Shown in pieces: positions 8,540-16,973 of a stretch of DNA of 20,573 bases (the stretch's first letter is position 1; every line of letters begins with the position of its first letter). This DNA comes from an uncultured Acidobacteriota bacterium (GTDB taxonomy: Bacteria; Acidobacteriota; Vicinamibacteria; Vicinamibacterales; UBA8438): contig CAJWLU010000040.1 in assembly GCA_913043225.1 (NCBI GenBank), positions 1 through 20,573 of the forward strand, in the 5' to 3' direction. The notes under the pieces were generated by a model, which had not been told where the DNA came from, ran no database searches, and saw only the letters and a program-made list of their open reading frames with translations. The position numbers and the translations under genes were made by a program.

Positions 8540-10072
8540 ATGTTCATCCTGAGCTATACCCAGAACGGCGTCGCCCGACGGCACCAGCTACAGCCCGGCA
8601 CCACGCTGGTCGGCCGCGCGCCCGAGTGCGACCTGCTGATCGAAGACCAGAGCATCTCTCGACACCATGCCGAATTTTCGGTGACCGACACGGCGTGCGA
8701 GGTCCGGGATCTGGGAAGCCTCAACGGGACCTATCGTAACGGCCGGGGGGTGACGCGGGTCACGGTGGGCGGCGGCGACACACTCACGCTGGGGCAGTTA
8801 CCGGTCCAGGTGCACGAGTCGCATGAGGAGCAACTTACGCTCACCGACGATGTGGTCGTCCTCGACGAGGAGCGCACGCTCTCCCGGTCGGTGTCCCAGC
8901 TGGGCACCCCAGAAACGAGGGTGTCAGGCGTCGACGCTCCACGCCTACTGTCGCTCCTTTCGGCTCTGGGACGCCTCCTGATCGAGACCGATACCCTCGC
9001 GGACCTCCTCGAGCGAGTCGCCGAACTGGTCTTCGACGCAGTGCCAGCCGATCGGTGCTATCTGCTGCTTGGCGGTCCCGACGACATCCCCAGCCCGCGA
9101 GTGGTGCGGCAGCGAAACGGCCAGCCCCCGGCAGACGCGTCAATCAGCCGGACCATCATCAATCGCGTCCAGCAGGATCAGGTGGCGATGCTGGCGGCCA
9201 ACGCCCAGCTTGACCCGCGGCTAGCTACCGGCGAGAGCATCCAGATGCAGAACATCCGCGCGTTCATGTGCGCGCCATTGTGGAACCGGACCGACGTCAT
9301 CGGTGTGCTCTACGCCGACAGCCCGGAGGTGGACCGCTTCGTCGCCGCGGATCTCGATCTGTTCACCGCGCTGGCGAACTCCGCCGCCGTCCTGATCGAG
9401 CGGGCGCGACTCGCCGATCGGGTGCTGGAAGAAAGGCGCCGACGCGAACGGCTGCAGCGCTATCATTCGCCGGCAGTCGTCGAGCGGATCCTGGACGATG
9501 CCCACGCCGGTGACGGTGCCTTCCTCGCGCAGGAGCGCGAGGTGAGCGTTCTGTTCGCCGACCTAGTGGGCTTCACGAGTCGCGCCGAACGGCTCCCACC
9601 AAATGAAGTGGCCCATCTGCTCAACGGCTGCCTGGGCACGATGAGCGAAGCGGTCTTCGAACAGGATGGGATGCTCGACAAATTCATGGGCGACGCACTG
9701 CTCGCCGTGTTCGGCGCGCCGTTCGATCAGCCCGACCACGCGCTGCGGGCGGTGCGGGCCGCGACTGGTATCCGGAACAGGCTCGACGCCGCGAACCGCG
9801 AGCGTCCGGACGACCCGCTGGCGGTTCGCATCGCGATCAACAGCGGCCTCGTCATGACGGGCGACATCGGCTCACCGAAACGGCGGGAATACACCGTGCT
9901 CGGCGACGTGGTGAACACCGCGTCCCGGCTCCAGTCCCAGGTCGCCGGCGCGGGAGATATCGTCATCAGCCGCGCCACCTATGACCAGATCCGCGATCAA
10001 GTAACCGCACGGTCGCGTGGCCCCATTACTCTCCGCGGCCGGTCCGAGCCGGTTGAGGTCTTCGAACTCTAG
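8540..10072 (+). CDS. FHA-GAF-class III adenylate cyclase
   Basis: FHA: VGR...ISRHHA...DLGSLNGT. GAF: AFMCAPLW...IGVLYADS...DLDLFTALA. Cyclase: FADLVGFT, DKFMGDA, EYTVLGDVVNTASRLQ. Start chosen at MFILSY because FHA homology begins there. TACCAT at 8497-8502. Confidence 0.95.
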   Translation: MFILSYTQNGVARRHQLQPGTTLVGRAPECDLLIEDQSISRHHAEFSVTDTACEVRDLGSLNGTYRNGRGVTRVTVGGGDTLTLGQLPVQVHESHEEQLTLTDDVVVLDEERTLSRSVSQLGTPETRVSGVDAPRLLSLLSALGRLLIETDTLADLLERVAELVFDAVPADRCYLLLGGPDDIPSPRVVRQRNGQPPADASISRTIINRVQQDQVAMLAANAQLDPRLATGESIQMQNIRAFMCAPLWNRTDVIGVLYADSPEVDRFVAADLDLFTALANSAAVLIERARLADRVLEERRRRERLQRYHSPAVVERILDDAHAGDGAFLAQEREVSVLFADLVGFTSRAERLPPNEVAHLLNGCLGTMSEAVFEQDGMLDKFMGDALLAVFGAPFDQPDHALRAVRAATGIRNRLDAANRERPDDPLAVRIAINSGLVMTGDIGSPKRREYTVLGDVVNTASRLQSQVAGAGDIVISRATYDQIRDQVTARSRGPITLRGRSEPVEVFEL

Positions 10073-10220
10073 TCAGGGAATTCGCCATTCGTTCTAGTGC
10101 TCCGCCGCAAGGGTACAAGAGGGTCGCCACACCTCGTACTACAGGGGTTGCGAAGTAGCGACGGGAACACTACTGTTAGCCGGTATCTGCAAGGCTAGAC
10201 TGCCCCCCTCGAGATACGTC

Positions 10221-11828
10221 ATGCGCATCAAGCTCAGAACCGACCCGCCGTCCCGGCCCGGGAACCGGCACAGTATCTCGTTTCTACTGGTCTCCCTGCT
10301 GGCGTCCGGCATACCAGCAATCGCCCAAGTCGGCGGGCCGGCGCAGGTACTCACCGCCGCCGACGTCACCGCGCTGATCACGACGGCGGCGACGGCTCTC
10401 GACGACAGCTCGCTGGCCGTAGCAGTCGTTGACCGCCGAGGCGCCATCCTCGGCGTATACGGGCGGCCGGCCACCCCGCCTCGGACACCTGACATCGCGG
10501 TGTCACTGGCACGGACCACCGCATTCTTCAGTAACGACCAAGCGCCGTTGTCATCTCGCACGGTGAGATTCATCAGCGGCATCCACTTCCCGGCCGGAGT
10601 ACCGAATACCCCCCCGGCGGCACTCTACGGCGTGGAAAACATCAACCGCGGCTGCGACCTTGGCCCGTTCAACTCTGGGGTCGCGATTCCGCGGCCGCGG
10701 TCTCTGGCCGGCACGGTCGGGACCGGAGCGGGCAACGTGCCGCTTCCCTGCAACCCACGCGACACACGTGGCTGCGCGGTCGGGGGACCAATCGAGGGAC
10801 AGGACGGCTCGCCTATCTACTCGCTTGGTATCACGACCGGGAAGCCCAACCTCGAGGACTCGCCGAATGCATTCCCCGCCACCGGTGGCGGTCTCGAGGA
10901 CGTCGATCCGGGCGGAATCCCGCTCTATCGCAGCGGCAAGCTGATCGGTGGCATTGGCGTCGCCGGAGTACCCCCAGACCGTGCTCAATACGCGGCGCTG
11001 GTGGCGGCGGCGGCCACCGGACGCGGACTCACGACGGCGCTGGACTTCCCAAACGCGCTGCCATTCCCTGGCGCGGTCTTTATCGACGGGATCCGGCTGC
11101 CGTTCTACGGGTCGTGCGGCACCAATCTGAGGTGTATCCAGGCAGAGGCTGACGGCCGACCGAGCGGCACCGCGCCCGGGTCATTTAGCCAAGGCAGCAT
11201 GCTGGTGCCACCGCAATCGGGCGCCGACGCTCCCGAGGGCTATCTTATCGGTCCGCGGGGAAGCCCAGGTGGCGGACTAACGCGAGCCGACGTCGAGCAA
11301 ATCGTCAATCAGGCGCTCGCCACCGCCGACATCACCCGGGCGCAGGTGCGGCTGCCCTTCGGGCAGACTGCCAAGGTCATCATCGCGGTCACCGATGCGA
11401 GGGGCGCGGTGCTAGCGGAGTACCGCATGGCTGACGCGCTCTTCGACGCCGTAGACGTGGTGCCGTCGAAAGCGCGTAACGCCTACTACTTCAGCAGCCG
11501 CGAGGGCTATGAAGTGCTCCGTGGCTACGTCGAACGGAGCACGGCGGACGATTACACGTGGGAACCAGAACCGCCGGATCCGCAGTTCGGCTGGGCGCTG
11601 ACCAGCCGCACGATCGGGTTCGGCGGGCAACCGCTGTTTCCGCCGGGAATCGACCTCGAAAAGACGCCGACCGAAGACGGTCCTGGATATCCCACGCCTA
11701 GCGGTAGGACACGCGCCAGATATACAACTTGCGCGCGATCACGGCCTGCCAGCCACAACCCTCAATTCGTCGAAACTGCCCTGAGCTACGCCGTGAACCG
11801 ATCGAACATGTCTTTCGGCGCCCCTTAG
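10221..11828 (+). CDS. Secreted tandem GlcG/HbpS-like heme-binding protein, apparently C-terminally truncated near 11685
   Basis: Signal peptide ending AIA-Q. Domain 1 is complete: LTAADV...AVAVVDRRG...SLARTTAFFS...GGIPLYRSGKLIGGIGVAG. Domain 2 (LTRADV...IAVTDARG...SKARNAYYFS...LTSRT) lacks the closing GG-x-P...GG-x-GV motif. Confidence 0.78.
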   Translation: MRIKLRTDPPSRPGNRHSISFLLVSLLASGIPAIAQVGGPAQVLTAADVTALITTAATALDDSSLAVAVVDRRGAILGVYGRPATPPRTPDIAVSLARTTAFFSNDQAPLSSRTVRFISGIHFPAGVPNTPPAALYGVENINRGCDLGPFNSGVAIPRPRSLAGTVGTGAGNVPLPCNPRDTRGCAVGGPIEGQDGSPIYSLGITTGKPNLEDSPNAFPATGGGLEDVDPGGIPLYRSGKLIGGIGVAGVPPDRAQYAALVAAAATGRGLTTALDFPNALPFPGAVFIDGIRLPFYGSCGTNLRCIQAEADGRPSGTAPGSFSQGSMLVPPQSGADAPEGYLIGPRGSPGGGLTRADVEQIVNQALATADITRAQVRLPFGQTAKVIIAVTDARGAVLAEYRMADALFDAVDVVPSKARNAYYFSSREGYEVLRGYVERSTADDYTWEPEPPDPQFGWALTSRTIGFGGQPLFPPGIDLEKTPTEDGPGYPTPSGRTRARYTTCARSRPASHNPQFVETALSYAVNRSNMSFGAP

Positions 11829-12883
11829 TGCGGCATCTTGATCTGCAGCAGTTCGTACATTCGGACGACGGCGCGCGGATCGGCCTGGTCGGCACGGGCC
11901 CTGTAGTGCTCGCGGTGAGCAGTTAGATCCACCTGCGCGGCCGCCTCATCGACCGGTACGCCGCGCGCGTGCAAGTCTGCCACCTGACCATTGAGATCTC
12001 GCAAAAATGCCTGCAGGTGGTCAATCTGCGACCGGTCGGTAAACGGGTTGCCGTGGCCCGGCACGATGGTATCGAACTGCAGCGCCTTGAGCTCATCGAG
12101 TGCCGCCGGCCACTCCTCCACGAACCCGTCCCCCATGTAGGGCAACATGTGAGCGTCTGGGCTGCCGACGAAAAAGTCTCCAGTGAACACGATACGCTCT
12201 TCCGGCAGGAACACCAGCGTATCGCCACCGGTGTGTCCGCGTCCCGGGAAGTGCAACTGCACCTCGCGGCCACCCTTCACCAACGTCAGTGTGTCGCTGT
12301 AGGTCACATTGGGCGGTGTCGGTACGGTCTCCTGGACTGCCTCAGCGTGCGCCGCGGTGATGCGGAGCTGGGTTTCGAGACGCGCGCGCTCATCACCGGA
12401 GGCCGACGCGACGCGGGCCCGGAGCGCCTCGACCTGGTCCGGCAGGTTCGCGGTGAAGTTTCGGTTCGTCCGCTGCTCGAGCACGTTCGACGACAGCATG
12501 GTACGCACGAAGTCGTGCCCGATGATCTCTGCGTCGTCGCCAAAGATCTGATTCCCGTGCGCGTGGTCGAAGTGGTAGTGGGTGTTGAAGACGTACTTGA
12601 TCGGCTTGTCGGTCAGCGTCTTGATACCCTCAACCAGTCCGCGGGCCGCGGCCGGCGTCACCGACGAGTCGACCACCATCACATGGTCCTCATTGATGAT
12701 GACCAGGTTGTTGCTCATCGTCGTCATCGACCCGGTGCCCGTGGCGAAGTACACGCCGTCGGCCAGCTCCTCGAATCGGTGACTCGGGCTTCCGTCCGGA
12801 CTCTGCCAAGCAGCGCCCGTCTGCCACTGTATTGACAACACTGCCAGCGCCGCGGTCGCCAGCGTCAGGCTCCATCGCTTCAT
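11825..12883 (-). CDS. Secreted MBL-fold metallo-hydrolase (cyclase-like subgroup)
   Basis: THYHFDHAHGN, GHTGGD, FTGD and VPGHG. Signal peptide MKRWSLTLATAALAVL. SD GGAGG and TGATG coupling with the upstream gene support the start at 12883. Confidence 0.92.
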   Translation of the reverse strand: MKRWSLTLATAALAVLSIQWQTGAAWQSPDGSPSHRFEELADGVYFATGTGSMTTMSNNLVIINEDHVMVVDSSVTPAAARGLVEGIKTLTDKPIKYVFNTHYHFDHAHGNQIFGDDAEIIGHDFVRTMLSSNVLEQRTNRNFTANLPDQVEALRARVASASGDERARLETQLRITAAHAEAVQETVPTPPNVTYSDTLTLVKGGREVQLHFPGRGHTGGDTLVFLPEERIVFTGDFFVGSPDAHMLPYMGDGFVEEWPAALDELKALQFDTIVPGHGNPFTDRSQIDHLQAFLRDLNGQVADLHARGVPVDEAAAQVDLTAHREHYRARADQADPRAVVRMYELLQIKMPH

Positions 12884-13716
12884 CAATTCGCCTCCACCGT
12901 CAACGCGGGCCCCGGGTGAACGGGAGCCCGCAAGTTCCACCTCAGTTGTGACTGTGCCACGGTCTGGTCCGGCGCGCCGAATAGCTCGTCGCGCCACGGC
13001 GCCTCAGCCACCCGTCCACCCTGGCCATCGTGGTGATGCTCGATATACAAGAACCCGCTGTATACCCCAGTTCGGTCCGTTCGCTGCGCCTGGTCGCGGA
13101 CATGCACACTCAGGGCTCGAGGCACTTTGGCCTCGTAGCAATTACCCCGCTGGGCTGTGCCGAGATGCAGGTAGGCCATGCGCTGTTCAGGCGCCCGCCG
13201 GTAGCGGGGCCGCTCGTCAGAGCCGACGTCCGAGTAGGCCCCACCGCTGAGCCCATCGATCGGGATCGGCCGGTGGCGCACCGAACGCACGTAGCGGCTG
13301 TTGCCCTGCTCCTCCACCATCACCGTCAGCGCCGCCCGCACCCTGGCTAGCTGCAAACACAGCCCGTCGAGACATTCGGGATGCTCGTCGCTCGTCTCGA
13401 CCAGGTGACTGATCGGGTCGCCAAGCTCGGTCTGCAACGCGGTTAGCTCCGGCCACGGCTCGCCGAAGTAAACCATCCCCTCGGCCTCCTGGATGACGTA
13501 GCAGTCGCCGGGATGGAGGTCCGCCACCTCCACGCCTCCGTGCTGCGCCGGCAGCACCCAGTGATAGGTCTCAGGCCGCGGTCGGCGCCTGGTTTGCTCG
13601 GCAGCTTCGGGATGCGGCAGCACCGGTGCGCCGACGAGCACCAGCGCCACGATTCCGGCCGTATACCCCACGATGGGTGACGGCGGGGGCGGTGGACGCC
13701 GGCTCGGGCTGGGCAC
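12883..13716 (-). CDS. Hypothetical exported protein
   Basis: 277-aa ORF filling the gap, with an N-terminal hydrophobic stretch. Stop overlaps the MBL start. TAGAAT lies 9 nt before the GTG. No family recognised. Confidence 0.68.
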   Translation of the reverse strand: MPSPSRRPPPPPSPIVGYTAGIVALVLVGAPVLPHPEAAEQTRRRPRPETYHWVLPAQHGGVEVADLHPGDCYVIQEAEGMVYFGEPWPELTALQTELGDPISHLVETSDEHPECLDGLCLQLARVRAALTVMVEEQGNSRYVRSVRHRPIPIDGLSGGAYSDVGSDERPRYRRAPEQRMAYLHLGTAQRGNCYEAKVPRALSVHVRDQAQRTDRTGVYSGFLYIEHHHDGQGGRVAEAPWRDELFGAPDQTVAQSQLRWNLRAPVHPGPALTVEAN

Positions 13717-13808
13717 GGTGGAGCCATTCTATCCCGACGTCTGCGACCACCCAAGCTGCGGTCGCAAAGCCACAGGGTATGATGGCGCGGACCCAACGAG
13801 GAGTGCGC

Positions 13809-15851
13809 ATGCCCGGATCTTCACGTGCGATCGGCTGGATGCTGGCCCTGTCGGTGTGGACGGTCCCACTGGCCGACGCCCAGCAAGGCGCCCCGGCGAA
13901 TGGCGAATGGCCCACCTACGGGGGCGACCTCGGCAGCTCGAAATACTCTCCGCTCGACCAGATCGACGCCACGAACTTCGGCGATCTGGAGATCGCCTGG
14001 GCGTGGCAGTCGGCCGACGCCTTCATGAGCAAGACCTCGGCCGACGGTGGCGAGTGGTACGCCGCCTCGAACCTCATCTTCGCGGCCCTGAACGAGGAAG
14101 AACCAAACCGGTGGCGCGACGCCCAACCGCCCTACACCAACAACCTCAAGGCAACGCCGCTCATGGTCGACGGACGCCTGTTCATCAACATGCCCACCTC
14201 CCAGGGCGCCGCTATCGACGCGGCCACCGGCGAAACCTTGTGGGTCTACAATCCGAAGACCTACGAGGAGGGCACCACCACGATGACGGCGCGCTGGAAC
14301 CAGCGCGGAGTAGCCTACTGGAACGATGGCGCTGGCGGACGCGTGTATTGGGGCACGGGCAACGGCTATCTGGTTTGCGTGCATGCGCCCACCGGTCGTC
14401 CCTGTCTCGACTTTGGTGACCAGGGCCGACTCGACCTGATGGACGGCATTCCGCGTGCCGAACGCGGGTCGCGAGACTGGCTGAATGCGCTGCTCTATTC
14501 GGTGCAGTCGCCGCCGCTGGTGGTTGGCGACACCATCATCACCCCCTCGTCGATCTCGTCGTACAACATCACCCGCGGTGCGCCACCAGGCTGGATGCGC
14601 GGGTTCGACACGCGCTCGGGCGGGACGAAGTGGACGTTCCACACCATCCCCCAGGGTGACGAGTACGGCAACGATACCTGGGGTGCCGACTCCTGGCGGG
14701 TAACCGGCAAGGTCGGGGTCTGGACGATGATGAGCGCCGACCCCGAACTGGGGCTCATCTACCTCCCCACCAACACTCCGGCGCCGGACTACTATGGCGG
14801 CCATCGCCCAGGCGCGAATCTCTTTGCAGAGAGCGTGGTGGCGCTCGATATCGAGACCGGTGAACGAGAGTGGCACTTCCAGGCGGTGCACCACGGACTC
14901 TGGGACTACGACTTCCCCGCCGCGCCGAACCTGCTGGACATCGAGGTGGACGGCCGCAGGATCAAGGCGCTGGCCCAGGTCAGCAAGCAAGGCTTCCTCT
15001 ACGTCTTCGACCGGGTCACAGGCGAACCAGTCTGGCCGATCGAGGAGCGGGCGGTGCCCACCGACACCGACATCCCGGGTGAACAGGTCTGGCCCACCCA
15101 GCCGTTTCCCACCCGGCCGGCCGCTTTCGAGTATCAAGGAGTCACCATCAACGATCTCGCTAATTTCACCTCAGAGATCCGCCAAATGGCCATCGATGCC
15201 GTGGACGGGTTCCGGCTGGGCCCGCTCTACACGCCACAAAGCTTGCAGGGCACCATCCAACGCCCCAGCACGGGCGGCGGCGCAAACTGGTCTGGGGCCG
15301 GCGTCGACCCCGAGACCGGCATGCTGTATGTCCCCTCGGTGAACGCATTCTCGGTCAGGAACTACCGGGATCCGGAAGCAGGCGAAGGCGCCACCCTGGA
15401 CATCATCGAGTTGCGGGGAGAGGGCACGCGAGCGCCGACGATGCCGCAAGGGCTCCCGCTCTTCAAACCGCCCTACTCCCGGATGACGGCCATCGACCTC
15501 AATACCGGTGACCACGCCTGGATGCGACCGCTAGGGGAGGGTGGACGCGTCCGCAACCACCCGATGCTGCGAGAACTCGATCTGCCGCCGCTCGGCGGTG
15601 ACCACAGTCGCAGTGGACCGCTGATCACGCAGACGCTATTGATCTACGCCCTCACAACCGGCGGCAGCGACGGCGGGCCGCGCCTGCTGGCGGTGGACAA
15701 GGCGACTGGCGAGGAGCTGGCGTGGGTCGATCTGCCGCGTGGCGCCATCGGCACGCCGATGACCTACCTGCAGGACGGCAAGCAGTACATCGCGCTGACC
15801 GTCGGCGGCTCCCCTGTGCCAGAACTGATCGCGTTGGCCCTGCCGGACTGA
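13809..15851 (+). CDS. Periplasmic PQQ-dependent dehydrogenase (glucose/quinate/shikimate dehydrogenase-like, no N-terminal membrane domain)
   Basis: SD GAGGAG before ATG 13809 and TATGAT -10 at 13778. Signal peptide ending ADA-Q. EWPTYGGD...KYSPLDQI, ATPLMVDG, RGVAYW, HHGLWDYDFP, GGANWSG, and GTPMTY...GKQYI. Confidence 0.94.
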   Translation: MPGSSRAIGWMLALSVWTVPLADAQQGAPANGEWPTYGGDLGSSKYSPLDQIDATNFGDLEIAWAWQSADAFMSKTSADGGEWYAASNLIFAALNEEEPNRWRDAQPPYTNNLKATPLMVDGRLFINMPTSQGAAIDAATGETLWVYNPKTYEEGTTTMTARWNQRGVAYWNDGAGGRVYWGTGNGYLVCVHAPTGRPCLDFGDQGRLDLMDGIPRAERGSRDWLNALLYSVQSPPLVVGDTIITPSSISSYNITRGAPPGWMRGFDTRSGGTKWTFHTIPQGDEYGNDTWGADSWRVTGKVGVWTMMSADPELGLIYLPTNTPAPDYYGGHRPGANLFAESVVALDIETGEREWHFQAVHHGLWDYDFPAAPNLLDIEVDGRRIKALAQVSKQGFLYVFDRVTGEPVWPIEERAVPTDTDIPGEQVWPTQPFPTRPAAFEYQGVTINDLANFTSEIRQMAIDAVDGFRLGPLYTPQSLQGTIQRPSTGGGANWSGAGVDPETGMLYVPSVNAFSVRNYRDPEAGEGATLDIIELRGEGTRAPTMPQGLPLFKPPYSRMTAIDLNTGDHAWMRPLGEGGRVRNHPMLRELDLPPLGGDHSRSGPLITQTLLIYALTTGGSDGGPRLLAVDKATGEELAWVDLPRGAIGTPMTYLQDGKQYIALTVGGSPVPELIALALPD

Positions 15852-16825
15852 TGCGCATCGTCTTCGACACAGACTCAGCCATCTTCAACGATGACGCGGC
15901 GGCGCTGGCGATGCTGCTTCAGCGTCGCGATCTGATCGACATTGCGGCCATTACGGTGGTGGCTGGCAATCACACCGTGCCGCAAGGCTCCGAGCACATG
16001 CTGCATCTGCTCGAGCTGTGTGGAGCCGGTGAGATTCCTCTGCATCTCGGGGCCGAAACTCCGCTGGTCAACAGCCCGGAGCGAGCTGCAGAGCAGGAAC
16101 GACGGTGGGGACCGATCTCATTCAAGGGCGCCTTCGACGAGACATCGCCGGTCCGCCCCCCTCACGGCGGCACATTCGCCTCGGTGCGCCCCAAACCACC
16201 AGACGCCGTGACCGCGCTCACCGAAACGATCAACGACCGCCCGGGCGAAGTAACCGTGGTGGCCGTCGGACCGCTCACCAACTTGGCGCTCGCCCTTCGC
16301 CGCGACCCGTCGCTGGCCGGTCGGATTGCAGGCCTGGTCTTCATGGGCGGTAACGCGCGGGTGCCAGGCAACGTCACGCCAGCAGCCGAGTTCAACATCT
16401 GGTTCGATCCGGAGGCGGCCCACGAGGTGCTCGCGGCCCCTATTCCGCGTGTGGTGATGTTCGGACTCGATATCACCAACCATGCCCCGCTGCACCGGAC
16501 GCGCTTCGACCGCATCGTCAGTATCGATACGCCACTGACCCGGCTCATGCGACACAACATGGGCCCCCGCTACGCCCGAGACACGGCCTCCTCCTACTAC
16601 GTCTGGGACTGCATCACGGCCGCCTGGCTTCTCGACCCTGACATGGTCACCGCCTCAGAACAGTTGCCGATCGCCGTGGATACAACGTTTGGCCCCACCT
16701 ACGGCGGCACTAAGATCGGCACCGCCGAGGAGCGTCCGCTCGAGGTGATGCTCGACCTCGACGTCGAGCGATTCTTCACTATGTATGAAGACCTACTGAC
16801 GCGCCCAATCCCGGTCCCTGGCTGA
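15851..16825 (+). CDS. Inosine/uridine-preferring nucleoside hydrolase family protein
   Basis: N-terminal DTDSAIFNDD Ca-binding motif, VAGN, GPLTNLALA, MGG...GNVTPAAEFNIWFDPEAA, GLDIT and VWD. ATG overlaps the upstream TGA. Confidence 0.93.
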   Translation: MRIVFDTDSAIFNDDAAALAMLLQRRDLIDIAAITVVAGNHTVPQGSEHMLHLLELCGAGEIPLHLGAETPLVNSPERAAEQERRWGPISFKGAFDETSPVRPPHGGTFASVRPKPPDAVTALTETINDRPGEVTVVAVGPLTNLALALRRDPSLAGRIAGLVFMGGNARVPGNVTPAAEFNIWFDPEAAHEVLAAPIPRVVMFGLDITNHAPLHRTRFDRIVSIDTPLTRLMRHNMGPRYARDTASSYYVWDCITAAWLLDPDMVTASEQLPIAVDTTFGPTYGGTKIGTAEERPLEVMLDLDVERFFTMYEDLLTRPIPVPG

Positions 16826-16973
16826 CGCTGGCCGCCAGCCGCCGGCACATCGCCGCTTGGGGTACACTCCCCCCTACGTCTCGTGCCTCATCCCGGGGAG
16901 AAACAACGCTGCCGCCCCGGTCGTCTGACCGTTAGAGTGCGATGCACTCGGAGAGCCCCGGAGACCTGTAGCC

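Noticed and set aside
6582..10072. Pycsar/CBASS-like anti-phage system (cyclase plus cNMP effector)
   Set aside because: The genes are divergent rather than operonic, the cyclase has ATP-type residues and FHA-GAF sensors, the effector is not TM or TIR, and there is no defence-island context. Not formally excluded.
11740..11795. GGCGTAGCTCAG on the minus strand resembles a tRNA 5' end
   Set aside because: No anticodon arm, no correctly spaced T-loop and no matching acceptor stem.
11825..12883. Possible metallo-beta-lactamase resistance gene
   Set aside because: HxHxDH is common to the whole fold. The context and insert fit cyclase-like hydrolases, and there is no mobile context.
13626..13808. 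Long N-terminal extensions in the ORF track (also starts 5532, 8438, 12997, 15722, 2750)
   Set aside because: They overlap promoters or neighbouring genes. Downstream starts have an SD, a signal peptide, translational coupling or the domain boundary.
13821..15137. Long antisense and alternate-frame ORFs (e.g. 438 aa here, 11969-12835, 4565-5335, 19753-20355)
   Set aside because: Shadow ORFs of well-supported genes, expected in high-GC DNA. No recognisable motifs.
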